Shown: positions 29,789 to 38,292, numbered from the stretch's first letter. The stretch: DNA of 64,000 nucleotides from Candidatus Omnitrophota bacterium (GCA_016197155.1 JACPWF010000019.1:1485-65484); one strand, 5' to 3'. Made by a program: numbers and translations. Notes: generated from the sequence alone by a model not told the origin.

Positions 29789-31542
29789 TCGACGGCGGCC
29801 GCGCGCAGGCCGGATGTTTTCACGAGAGATGCCCCGGGCCGGATCACTTCGCGCGGCGCTTCGGTTTTGTCAATCTGCCAATAAGACAAAACGCCCGAGG
29901 CGATCCTCGAAAAAGCGGGTGCGGCGACGTCGCCGCCGTAGTACACCGGGTGCGGCTCATCGACGCTGACGGCGATCACGACCCTGGGCTCGTCGTAGGG
30001 AACAAAACCCGCGAACGACGCGACAAACTGGTCGTGCGAATACGTGCCGTTCGGTAAAATTTTCTGCGCGGTTCCCGTTTTTCCCGCGGCTTTAAAACCG
30101 GGCACCGCGGCCTTTTTGCCGGTCCCGCGGCTCACGACGCTCTCGAGCACCGTGCGCACCTGAAGGGCCGTCTCTTTTGAGATCACGCGGCGGACCGTTT
30201 CGGGTTGAAAATCTTGAACGACCTTGCCGTCCGCGTCGTCGATGCGCGTCAAAATCCGGGGCTTCATTAAAATCCCGTTGTTGGCGATCGCGCCAAATGC
30301 CGCGGCCAACTGGAGCGACGTCACCGCCACCCCCTGGCCGATGGGAATGTTGATGATCGAACTGCGCGACCAGTTTTTCGGATTCGGCACGATCCCCCCC
30401 ACTTCACCGGCCAGGCCAATGCCGGTTCGTTCCCCAAAACCGAAAAGACGGATCGTCTGGTACAGCTTTTCCCCGCCCAGCCGCAGGGCGCCCTTCACCG
30501 TGCCGATGTTGCTCGACTTTTCAATGATCTCCCGGAACGGCATCACGCCATGCCGCGTGTGGTCGTGAAGCACCTTTCCCGCGACGGCCCAGGAGCCGTT
30601 TTCGCAGTCAAATTTTTCATTGAGGCTGAACGCCTTATTTTCCACGATGGACGAGAGCGTGAAGGTCTTGAAAACGCTTCCCGGCTCGAAGATATCCGTG
30701 ACGGCGCGGTTGCGTTTTTCCTCGGCGGAGGCCTTTTTGGAGTGGTTCAAATCGTAGAGCGGAAAATTCGCCATCGCCAAGATGTCGCCGGTCCCGGGAT
30801 CCAAAACGATCGCCGAACCCCCGCGCGCGTTAAATTTTTTGCAGACCTCGGCCAGCTCTTTTTCCGCCAGCGACTGGATCACCTCGTCGATGGCCAGGTG
30901 GATGTTGTACCCGTCCACGGGCGAGACCATCTCGACCTCGCGGGAAACCAGTTCCCGGCGCTTGGCGTCCTTTTGGGCCAACCGCCAGCCCGGCACGCCT
31001 TTCAGGAAACTGTTGTAATGAAGCTCGATGCCCTCGAGCCCCTCGTTGTCGATGTCGGTGAATCCGACCAGATGGCAGGCCGTGTCCCCCTTGGGATACA
31101 CCCGCTGGGATTCTTTCACAAATTCCAGCTCTTCGATTTTGAGGCGTTTGACCGCCTCGGCCTTGGCGGGCGAAATTTTCCGCGCGACCCACACAAAAAG
31201 TTTATCGCGGTCGAGGCGGTTGAAAATTTCCCCGCGGCCTATCCCCAGGATCCGGGAAAGCGCGGCGGAGACGGCGTCCTTATTTTTAATTTCGCGGGAG
31301 ACCGCGTAGAGAGAGTCGAGGCGGATGTCGAGCGCCAGATCCCGGCCTTTTGAATCGACGATCCTTCCGCGGGCCGGCTGCATCTCGATAATGGCGCGGG
31401 ATTGATTGCGCGCGAGCGATTGGTATTTCGAGGACTTCCAGATCTGGAGGAATCCCAGGCGGAGAAGAAGACAGAAAAGGAATAAAAGAAACAGAAAAAA
31501 GATAAAGAACAGGCGCGTCTTTGAAAGAGAGGAATCGGCCAA
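29785..31542 (-). CDS. ftsI: Class B penicillin-binding protein (PBP3/FtsI)
   Basis: N-terminal TM helix; EPGSVFK (SxxK), SSN and KTGTAQ. Confidence 0.93.
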   Translation of the reverse strand: MADSSLSKTRLFFIFFLFLLFLFCLLLRLGFLQIWKSSKYQSLARNQSRAIIEMQPARGRIVDSKGRDLALDIRLDSLYAVSREIKNKDAVSAALSRILGIGRGEIFNRLDRDKLFVWVARKISPAKAEAVKRLKIEELEFVKESQRVYPKGDTACHLVGFTDIDNEGLEGIELHYNSFLKGVPGWRLAQKDAKRRELVSREVEMVSPVDGYNIHLAIDEVIQSLAEKELAEVCKKFNARGGSAIVLDPGTGDILAMANFPLYDLNHSKKASAEEKRNRAVTDIFEPGSVFKTFTLSSIVENKAFSLNEKFDCENGSWAVAGKVLHDHTRHGVMPFREIIEKSSNIGTVKGALRLGGEKLYQTIRLFGFGERTGIGLAGEVGGIVPNPKNWSRSSIINIPIGQGVAVTSLQLAAAFGAIANNGILMKPRILTRIDDADGKVVQDFQPETVRRVISKETALQVRTVLESVVSRGTGKKAAVPGFKAAGKTGTAQKILPNGTYSHDQFVASFAGFVPYDEPRVVIAVSVDEPHPVYYGGDVAAPAFSRIASGVLSYWQIDKTEAPREVIRPGASLVKTSGLRAAAVE

Positions 31543-31610
31543 AGGGTTTCCCTAAAGTTTTATTTTATTATAGGCGCCGCTTGTGCCGAATACAATAACG
31601 TTCGTGCTTC

Positions 31611-31982
31611 TTAATCCGATTCCCTGGCTTCCGCCTGCGCGGTCCCCACAAAAAATTTGGCGACAAAGGGCACGCGGATGGCCGGCGACGTCCCGGCCAT
31701 CTCGGAAGCCCGAGGCCCCCCGGCCCCCGGCATCACGAGCGTCTGCCAGGATTTCGGGGAGGCAAGCGTGATGTGCTGTGCGAGGAGTTTTCTCTCCAGA
31801 TTGTGCGGCGCTTTCAAATTGGCGATGCTGAACTTGAGCGCGCGGCCCCGGTCCAAAAGCAGGGTCTTGGCCTCTTCCTGCCTGCGGATCGCGTAGCCGG
31901 TCTTGACGGCCTCGACCTCTTCATAAACGTAAACGAGCGCGGCGAGCGTCACGACGGTTAAACAGGCCGCGAAGCGCCTCAT
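31611..31982 (-). CDS. FtsL-like small membrane / coiled-coil protein
   Basis: One TM helix followed by a coiled coil; lies between rsmH and ftsI. Confidence 0.65.
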   Translation of the reverse strand: MRRFAACLTVVTLAALVYVYEEVEAVKTGYAIRRQEEAKTLLLDRGRALKFSIANLKAPHNLERKLLAQHITLASPKSWQTLVMPGAGGPRASEMAGTSPAIRVPFVAKFFVGTAQAEARESD

Positions 31983-32881
31983 GAATGCTCCTCCGCAATT
32001 TTTAGAAACGCGCGGAGCTTGGCGCTTCGGGAACGGGGGTTCCGGCTCATTTCCGCCTCGGACGGAGTGACCGGTTTTTTGGTGAGGATCTTTCCCTCGC
32101 CGGCTTTTTGAAAATTTCTGAACGCGTTTTTCACGATCCGGTCCTCAAGCGAATGAAAGGAAATGATGACGAGCCTCGCCCCTTCATCGAGACCATCCGT
32201 CACCGACGAAAGAAACTCTTCCAGAGAGCGAAGCTCTTCGTTCACGGCGATCCGGAGCGCCTGAAACGTGCGCGTCGCCGGATGGATGCGCCCGTAGCGA
32301 TAGGACGCGGGAACGCTCGATATGACGAGGGCCGCCAATTCAAAGGTACTGCGGATCTTTTTTTTCCGGCGGGTCTCGACGATCCGGCCCACAATCTTTC
32401 TGGCAAAGCGCTCCTCGCCCCATTTCCACAAAAGTTCCCGCAATTCCTCTTCTCTATAACCATTCACAATGTCCGCCGCGGAGGGCCCCTCCGAAGGGTC
32501 CATGCGCATGTCGAGCGGGCCGTCGGTTTTAAAACTGAATCCTCTGCCGGGTTCATCCAACTGCAGGGATGAAAGTCCCAGGTCGAGCAGCATCCCCTGC
32601 ACCCTGCCGATGCCAAACTCGGCGATCCGATTCCGCACGTTTTTAAAATTATCGTGAATGACCATCACGCGCTCTCCAAAACCGGCCAAAACCCTCCGCG
32701 CTTCCCGGATCGCGCCGGGGTCGCGGTCAAACCCGACGAGCCGCCCGTCCGGCGCGCTTTTTTCGAGAATGCGCCGGGCATGTCCCCCTCCGCCCAGGGT
32801 CCCGTCCACGATCACCCCGTTCGGGCGCGGCGCAAGCCACTCGACGGCTTCCTCCAGCAAAACACTTTCGTGTGCCGCCAC
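31979..32881 (-). CDS. rsmH: 16S rRNA m4C1402 methyltransferase
   Basis: Motifs HESVLL, DGTLGGGGH, DLGLSS, PLDMRM, FQALRIAVN and SFHSLEDR. Confidence 0.98.
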   Translation of the reverse strand: MAAHESVLLEEAVEWLAPRPNGVIVDGTLGGGGHARRILEKSAPDGRLVGFDRDPGAIREARRVLAGFGERVMVIHDNFKNVRNRIAEFGIGRVQGMLLDLGLSSLQLDEPGRGFSFKTDGPLDMRMDPSEGPSAADIVNGYREEELRELLWKWGEERFARKIVGRIVETRRKKKIRSTFELAALVISSVPASYRYGRIHPATRTFQALRIAVNEELRSLEEFLSSVTDGLDEGARLVIISFHSLEDRIVKNAFRNFQKAGEGKILTKKPVTPSEAEMSRNPRSRSAKLRAFLKIAEEHS

Positions 32882-32900
32882 GTTTTCTTTCTAAACGAAA

Positions 32901-33086
32901 CTAACGGTGTTTCGCGTCGTTTTTTGAAATAAAAATAACCTCGCGGGTCTTTTGACGCTGAACGAGCCGGTCAAAAAATCGCGAGTGCGCCTCCAGCCAC
33001 GACAAAGGCGAAAGCGCGCGCCGGCGTTTAAAATTCTCCACGCTGTCTTCCGCCCAGGACCCCGAATAAGCCGCCTGATTCCTCAT
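32901..33086 (-). CDS. Small hypothetical protein (61 aa)
   Basis: Its ATG overlaps the mraZ stop (ATGA) and it fills the mraZ-rsmH gap. No recognised motif. Confidence 0.45.
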   Translation of the reverse strand: MRNQAAYSGSWAEDSVENFKRRRALSPLSWLEAHSRFFDRLVQRQKTREVIFISKNDAKHR

Positions 33087-33532
33087 GGATTCTCCGCGTT
33101 CCCGAAAATATTCTCGGCGATCTTCTCAAAAGAATCTTTGGTGTTCTTGTAAAACTGCCCCCAATTTTCCTTGCTCCAGATCTCCATGCGATTGGAGATG
33201 CCCACAACCACCACGTCACGCTTCACCTGAGCGAAATCCTTCAGGTATTGAGGGACCAGGATCCGGCCTTGGCGGTCGCAGGTGACTTCGCACGCGCCCG
33301 AGAAATAAAGCCGGTTAAAGTGCCGGCTCTGGGCATTCGTGAAGGGCAGAGATTTGAATCGGGACTCCTGTTTCTTCCACTCCTCTTCGGTAAAGACGAA
33401 GAGACACGTATCCAGGCCCCGAGTAACAAAAAATCGTTCCACATAGTTTTCTTTGAATGCCTCTCTGAATTTGGCGGGAATGATGAGGCGGCCCTTGCGG
33501 TCGATGCTGTGCTCATGCTCTCCATAGAACAT
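33083..33532 (-). CDS. mraZ: Division/cell wall cluster regulator MraZ
   Basis: Motifs MFYGEHEHSIDRKGRLIIP, DRQGRILVP and MEIWS. Confidence 0.97.
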   Translation of the reverse strand: MFYGEHEHSIDRKGRLIIPAKFREAFKENYVERFFVTRGLDTCLFVFTEEEWKKQESRFKSLPFTNAQSRHFNRLYFSGACEVTCDRQGRILVPQYLKDFAQVKRDVVVVGISNRMEIWSKENWGQFYKNTKDSFEKIAENIFGNAENP

Positions 33533-33542
33533 TTTGGCCTGT

Positions 33543-33608
33543 CTCCACTTTCCCCCACTTTTTGGGATATTATGGGAAGAGTATACCCCGGAGACCCCCT
33601 CAAGTCAA
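33543..33608 (-). promoter_or_regulatory. dcw promoter with MraZ-type boxes
   Basis: TTGACT (33608-33603), 17 bp spacer, TATACT (33585-33580). Downstream are two TGGGA on the + strand and GTGGG/GTGGA on the - strand, each pair 10 bp apart. Confidence 0.75.
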
Positions 33609-33617
33609 GGGGTGGTT

Positions 33618-34058
33618 TCATTTTTTCAACTCCCTCTCCCGGAGGCGGGCGGCCATGTCGTTGATCCCGTCGGCCAGGTCTTTCAGTTCGTCGTGTTTTC
33701 TCAAAATAATTTTTACGTCAAAGCGGCCCTCGCCGATGGATTTTAGGGCCTGATAAATTTTGGGCAGAGGCCCCGCGATGCGGTGGGAAAAAACGATCGA
33801 CCCGTAAAAAATAAGCGGCAGGATGACGAGCATGTCCACGAGGAGCGCCGTGTGCGCGGAGCGGAATATTTGCAGGACGCGGCCTTGCGGGTACACGTCC
33901 GCGAGGCGCTCGCCCAGCATCATGAACGTCGTGTAAAACGTCGTGAGCCCCGTGAGAACCGAGGCGATGAAAACGTAGAGAATGACAAACCGCGCGAAGC
34001 GAAGCTGAAGGCCTCTCTCGACAAAATATTTTTTCCGGCGAATCCCGACGAAAGCCAT
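33618..34058 (-). CDS. Two-TM HAMP-domain membrane protein
   Basis: Two hydrophobic helices, then SHRIAGPL...G.F...LRKHDELKDLADGINDM. Confidence 0.8.
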   Translation of the reverse strand: MAFVGIRRKKYFVERGLQLRFARFVILYVFIASVLTGLTTFYTTFMMLGERLADVYPQGRVLQIFRSAHTALLVDMLVILPLIFYGSIVFSHRIAGPLPKIYQALKSIGEGRFDVKIILRKHDELKDLADGINDMAARLRERELKK

Positions 34059-34059
34059 T

Positions 34060-35061
34060 TTATCTCCTGGTTAAAAGCGCACTGCGCCGGATCGTGAAGA
34101 TCGTTCTCTCCTCGGACGAGCGCTCGACGAGTTGAACCACTTCCTTCAAAGGCATGTACCGCGTGGCGGCGCCGTCCACCTCGACAATGAAGTCATCCTC
34201 CCGGATCCCCGCCGCGGCGGCCGCGCTTTCCTTTTTCACCTTTTTTACCTTGAGGCCCTCGTATTCCCATTTGAATTCCAGGCCCATCCGGTCCGGGCGC
34301 ATGCCCCAATCGCCCCCGCCCTTGTGCACATAACAATCCCTTTCGAACTCAAGCATGAAACTGGAAAAGCGCGGCGAGAGCATTTTTTTCCTGACGGCGT
34401 CCGCGCCGAGATAGCGGAGCGACTCGCCGTCAATGGAAACCAGGCGGTCATTTTTTTTGAGGCCCGCCAGCGCCGCGTCCTTGCGCGGGTCCACGAATTC
34501 CAGACGCGCCCAATCGCCTTTTTTCTCCAAAGTGACGCCCAAATTTTTCTGAAGCGCTTTGGTCTCTTCGAGCGCTTCGCTTTTGATCGCGTCCTCGATG
34601 GGCCTGCCCTGACCCCACGAGTCGTACAGCGCCTGCTGTTTTTCGATTTCGCTCACGGGGCCCTCGGTCGCCATCGCCCAAAAACGATTGCGCGCGCCCG
34701 CCGCGGCGTCTTTGGCTTCCTCCAGATGCGGGTTCAGCTCCAGCGCCTTTTCGTAGTAGGCCAGGGCCTCGCCCATTTTTTTCCGGGCCTCAAATTCTTT
34801 TCCGGCTTCAAAAAAATTCTGCGCGGGGTCGTCGTAGCGGATATTTTTAATGCCCGTCAAAAGAATGGGGACCTCCCCTTTCTCGGTGCTCAGGATCACC
34901 CGGTCGGCGTGTTTTTCAACGACCACTCCTTTTAATTCCTTGTCCGTTTTCAAAACCACCGTGTCGGCGAAGGCGTTTGAGAAAAAAAGAAAAAGGGAGG
35001 GCAAAAGACACCCTCCCGTCCGAAAAAAATTTCTAAAAAAACCGCCTGCGGCCCTGGCCAT
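34060..35061 (-). CDS. Exported TPR + double PDZ domain protein
   Basis: Signal peptide; TPR (YYEKALELNP); two PDZ-like units (AALAGLKKNDRLVSIDG and AAAAGIREDDFIVEVDG). Confidence 0.75.
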   Translation of the reverse strand: MARAAGGFFRNFFRTGGCLLPSLFLFFSNAFADTVVLKTDKELKGVVVEKHADRVILSTEKGEVPILLTGIKNIRYDDPAQNFFEAGKEFEARKKMGEALAYYEKALELNPHLEEAKDAAAGARNRFWAMATEGPVSEIEKQQALYDSWGQGRPIEDAIKSEALEETKALQKNLGVTLEKKGDWARLEFVDPRKDAALAGLKKNDRLVSIDGESLRYLGADAVRKKMLSPRFSSFMLEFERDCYVHKGGGDWGMRPDRMGLEFKWEYEGLKVKKVKKESAAAAAGIREDDFIVEVDGAATRYMPLKEVVQLVERSSEERTIFTIRRSALLTRR

Positions 35062-35156
35062 GAATAAATAGTTATAGGTCGTCCCCGATTAGCTCATACT
35101 ATATGTAGTATGCTAACAAAACGGGTCATGCGACGCAAGGTCTTTAAAGCGATGGG

Positions 35157-35435
35157 CTACTGATTGTCTGGCGGGGAAGCGGGCTTTCGGCGATCGGGAT
35201 CGCCCGCGTGATAGTGGTTGGATTTACTCGTTTGCTCGGGACGGGTGAAACCGGTGTCCACCTGACCCGAAATCCGGTTCAGTCCTTCGTCCACGTCATT
35301 TTCGTCCGTGTCCAAAGCGTAAAGCGGCGTCTTGTCCGCGGCGCAAACGCGGCTGGGGCACAACAAAAGAGCCAGCAAACAGAAGCCAGCCGTCAAAGAG
35401 AAAGACTTTTTTGATTTTCCCTGACTACTGACCAC
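35157..35435 (-). CDS. Hypothetical exported protein
   Basis: Signal-peptide-like hydrophobic stretch ending VCA-A. The start codon is uncertain. Confidence 0.45.
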   Translation of the reverse strand: MVSSQGKSKKSFSLTAGFCLLALLLCPSRVCAADKTPLYALDTDENDVDEGLNRISGQVDTGFTRPEQTSKSNHYHAGDPDRRKPASPPDNQ

Positions 35436-35454
35436 TGCCTACTGACTCCTGTTT

Positions 35455-35876
35455 TTTCTGCAGACCTATAAGCCGGGTTCTGTCTTCGCCCAAGGGCGAA
35501 GGATGATCATCCATCTAGCCCTGACATTGCTGGCAGGGTCAAGCGGTTCACCCGGGAATGTTGACGAGCGAGTGTGCTCGATTCTTCCCCTATTTAACCT
35601 TGCTCCGCGTGGAGATTGCTCGTTTCACCCCTTCGACGAATCGAAGGACTCGTCTCTGTAGCTCTCCCGCCAAAAATCGCGGCGGGCCGCCTTGCGGCGG
35701 GATCCTATCTGCCGGTCACGCATTTCGACCGACAAACGATGGGCGTTACCCACCACGCTCACTCGTGGAGCCCGGACTTTCCTCTTCGCCTCACGGCGCA
35801 ACGCGCCGTGTGGACGAATCCGCCGACGCTCTGGTGGCGGATCGCCCGGTGGCTCAGCGACCATCCGGTCTACAAA
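35455..35876 (-). ncRNA. rnpB: RNase P RNA
   Basis: Minus strand has GAGGAAAGTCCGGGCTCCA, GGGTAACGCCC, GGTGAAAC, CTCCACGCGGAGCAAGG, CTAGATGGATG and ACAGAACCCGGCTTAT. P1 pairing is TGTAGACC/GGTCTGCA. Ends are approximate. Confidence 0.95.
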
Positions 35877-36274
35877 AAAAGATTGCCTCCGTCCAGGGCC
35901 TTGTTGGCCTGGGCATCCGCGAGTTTATTTTCCTCCCGCGGGATGTGTTTGACAAGAATTTTTTTAAAGCCCTTTTTCAAATGAACCGCCAAAAGATAAA
36001 GGGTCTTGAGCGAGGCCTCTTTGATCTTGTATTCGCCGTTAAACTGCCGCGCGACGAGCTCGCTGTCCGTGAAGACCTCGACTTCCGCCGCGCCCATCAT
36101 GAGCGCCTCCTGAAGCGCCAAGATGAGGGCGCAATATTCCGCCGTGTTGTTCGTCGCGATCCCGATCGCCTGCGAAAGGGATTTGAGAACTTTTCCCCTG
36201 GCGTCCTGAAAAACCGCCCCGGCCGCCGCCGGACCCGGATTGCCGCGCGAAGCCCCGTCTATAAAAATTTTCAT
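35870..36274 (-). CDS. rnhA: Ribonuclease HI family protein
   Basis: Motifs IDGASRGNPGPA, TNNTAEY, TDSELV and HIPREENKLAD. Confidence 0.93.
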   Translation of the reverse strand: MKIFIDGASRGNPGPAAAGAVFQDARGKVLKSLSQAIGIATNNTAEYCALILALQEALMMGAAEVEVFTDSELVARQFNGEYKIKEASLKTLYLLAVHLKKGFKKILVKHIPREENKLADAQANKALDGGNLFL

Positions 36275-36987
36275 TCGGCCCAGTAAAGGATCCGCGCGCA
36301 GGTTTCGCACACGATCATCTTTTCCCCGAGCCGGACTTCGTGAAGGACTTGAGGCGGCAGTCCCATGTGGCATCCGCCGCAGGCGTTGTTTTTCACGGGC
36401 ACCAGCGCCAGGCCCTCGCGGCTTTTCAGGATCCGCTCGTACTGCGAAAGAAGCCGCGGCTCGATATTCGGCGCGTAGGCCTTTCTCTTTTCCTCGAGCG
36501 CGGCGATTTGCGAGGCCAGTTCTTCGGACGTTTTCTTTGAGGCCTCGATGGCTTCTTTAAATTTTTTTTCCTCCCCGGCCAGCGATTCCTTTTCTTTGGC
36601 GGCGCGCGCCTTGGCGGTTTCCACGGCGTCCAACAGCCGGAGAATGTCCTCTTCCAAAAGCGACTGGTCCGCCTTCGAACCCTTGATCTCGAGCTCCATG
36701 GCCGAGTATTCCTTGTTGCTCTTTAGCTGGTAAAGCTGGGCCTGGAGTTTTTTGACTCTTTCCTCACGGGTCTGGAGCTCCATCTCTTTTTCTTTTTGCT
36801 TCAGTTGAAAATTTTTGAGCTCGGCCTCGGCGGATTTTAAGCCGTTTTTTGACCGCTCAAAATCCTCCTCGTATTTTTTTTGCAAAAGCGGTTGGGCGCT
36901 CAGCTCTTTTCTTAATTTATAAATTTCGCCGTCGATCTTTTGAAGCTCGGCCAGAATTTTAATTTGTTCGTGAATGGCTGTGGGCAT
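36271..36987 (-). CDS. Coiled-coil C4 zinc-ribbon protein (DUF164/CT398 family)
   Basis: Long coiled coil, SNKEY motif, and CGGC...CETC; usual position next to rnhA. Confidence 0.9.
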   Translation of the reverse strand: MPTAIHEQIKILAELQKIDGEIYKLRKELSAQPLLQKKYEEDFERSKNGLKSAEAELKNFQLKQKEKEMELQTREERVKKLQAQLYQLKSNKEYSAMELEIKGSKADQSLLEEDILRLLDAVETAKARAAKEKESLAGEEKKFKEAIEASKKTSEELASQIAALEEKRKAYAPNIEPRLLSQYERILKSREGLALVPVKNNACGGCHMGLPPQVLHEVRLGEKMIVCETCARILYWAE

Positions 36988-36990
36988 TTT

Positions 36991-37191
36991 TTATAATTTA
37001 TTCATCCGGGTGATGATTTTTTTCTTGGAGACAGAAAACGGCGAAAATATTTTTTGAAGGCCGTCCAAATAAGCGATAAATTCATCCAAGGATCGGGACG
37101 GCCGTTTCGGCGGCGGGCATGCGAACGCGTCCCTTCGCTTTCGGCTCTGACCGTCTTCCCGCATTTCCCTCTTTTCTTCTTCACTCAACAT
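36991..37191 (-). CDS. Small hypothetical protein coupled to the nucleotidyltransferase
   Basis: MLSEEEKREMREDG...SLDEFIAYLDGLQKIF; start overlaps the end of the upstream gene. Confidence 0.6.
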   Translation of the reverse strand: MLSEEEKREMREDGQSRKRRDAFACPPPKRPSRSLDEFIAYLDGLQKIFSPFSVSKKKIITRMNKL

Positions 37192-37732
37192 CGCCGGTCC
37201 CATCCAATAATTTTTCCAATTCTTTCTGCCTTCCAAACAGACCGAAATATTCCTTCAACAGCGTGACGTCAAGTTTTCCCCGATGGGCCTTCATCAGTTC
37301 CTCGATGTCGGCCATGTCCCGATGGTAGCGGGCCGGATCGTTGGAACTGGATTGGACCTTGAGACCGATCAGATCCTCGGGCGTCACCACTTTGATCCTG
37401 ATCCTTCCGCCGAAGACGTTCCGTTCGACCGCCCTTTCCAGCATGGCCCTTGTGTATTTCCGATGAGCATGCAAAAAATCCACGCGCCCCAGCTGGGACA
37501 AGCGGCTGACAAAGGTGGAAACGTCTTCGCTCTCATGGATCGCCTCGTAGCCATGGGCCAGGAGAATGCCTTTTACCTTGGGCATGTCTTCTTTGGCCGA
37601 TAAAAAATCAATGTCTTCCGACGCCCTTGTGTACCCCGACGCCTGCAGGGCGAAGCCGCCTATCAACGCGAAACGAATGTTGTGCTTCTGGAAATTTTCA
37701 ACGAGCAGTTTGAGTACCGCCTCAAAATTCAA
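37181..37732 (-). CDS. Nucleotidyltransferase (Pol-beta superfamily, AbiEii/DUF6036-like)
   Basis: IGGFAL..SGYTRASEDIDFL, RVDFL, PEDLIGLK and D.ADI. TTG start at 37732 follows an AAGGGAG Shine-Dalgarno. Confidence 0.82.
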   Translation of the reverse strand: MNFEAVLKLLVENFQKHNIRFALIGGFALQASGYTRASEDIDFLSAKEDMPKVKGILLAHGYEAIHESEDVSTFVSRLSQLGRVDFLHAHRKYTRAMLERAVERNVFGGRIRIKVVTPEDLIGLKVQSSSNDPARYHRDMADIEELMKAHRGKLDVTLLKEYFGLFGRQKELEKLLDGTGDVE

Positions 37733-37778
37733 TTTGGATACTCCCTTCGAGTCCCGGGGCTCACCGGGCACAAAAACA

Positions 37779-38054
37779 TGGTGGGCAATACAGGACTCGC
37801 CCGCCAGAGGCGGGTCCGCCTTCGGCGGAAACCTTGTGACCTCTTCGATGTGAACGAAGCGTCCGCCATCAAAGCATCGGCGGACGCCCGCCAAAGTTCC
37901 AGTGGCGGGCGCTCCAACCCACTGACTCGCCCGCCAGAGGCGGGTCCGCCTTCGGCGGAAACCTTGTGACCTTTTCCATGTCAAGGAAACGTCCGCCATC
38001 AAAGCATCGGCGGACGCCCGCCAAAGTTCCAGTGGCGGGCGCTCTAACCCACTG
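37779..38054 (-). pseudogene. Two tandem tRNA-Val remnants (anticodons CAC and GAC; 130-bp period) interrupted by hairpin inserts
   Basis: Segments match the intact tRNA-Val (TGGGCAATACAGGACTCG, AACC, GTGACCTCTTCGATGTGAACGAAGCG, CTCTAACC) and are separated by CCGCC..GGCGG hairpins. Confidence 0.8.
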
Positions 38055-38091
38055 CTTGTCATCCTTCAATCACTATACATCATAATTTAAA

Positions 38092-38165
<74 letters not shown>

Positions 38166-38174
38166 CGAAATCCC

Positions 38175-38248
38175 TGGGTCCGCCTGGACTCGAACCAGGG
38201 ACCGGCTGATTATGAGTCAGCTGCTCTAACCGACTGAGCTACGGACCC
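38175..38248 (-). tRNA. tRNA with CAT anticodon, probably tRNA-Ile2 (lysidine)
   Basis: GGGTCCGTAGCTCAGTCGGTTAGAGCA-GCTGA-CTCATAA-TCAGC-CGGTCCCTGGTTCGAGTCCAGGCGGACCCA. It resembles ileX-type tRNAs and lacks initiator features. Confidence 0.9.
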
Positions 38249-38292
38249 CAAATACAAAGCAAGAAATTGTAGCACAGGCCCGATTCACCCGC

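Noticed and set aside
35558-36286. Several ORFs over 35558-35984
   Set aside because: They overlap the RNase P RNA and rnhA and show no protein-like features.
37794-38054. CRISPR array
   Set aside because: There are only two 130-bp units, the variable parts are tRNA anticodon arms, and no cas genes are present.
37779-38054. Functional intron-containing tRNAs
   Set aside because: Neither unit has the 5' acceptor strand or a complete D arm, and the inserts are far too short for group I introns. Kept as remnants.
37733-38069. 110-aa repeated N-terminal extension of the nucleotidyltransferase (PPKADPPLAG repeats)
   Set aside because: It is a translation of the tRNA remnants and hairpins. A Shine-Dalgarno plus TTG at 37732 gives a normal-length protein.
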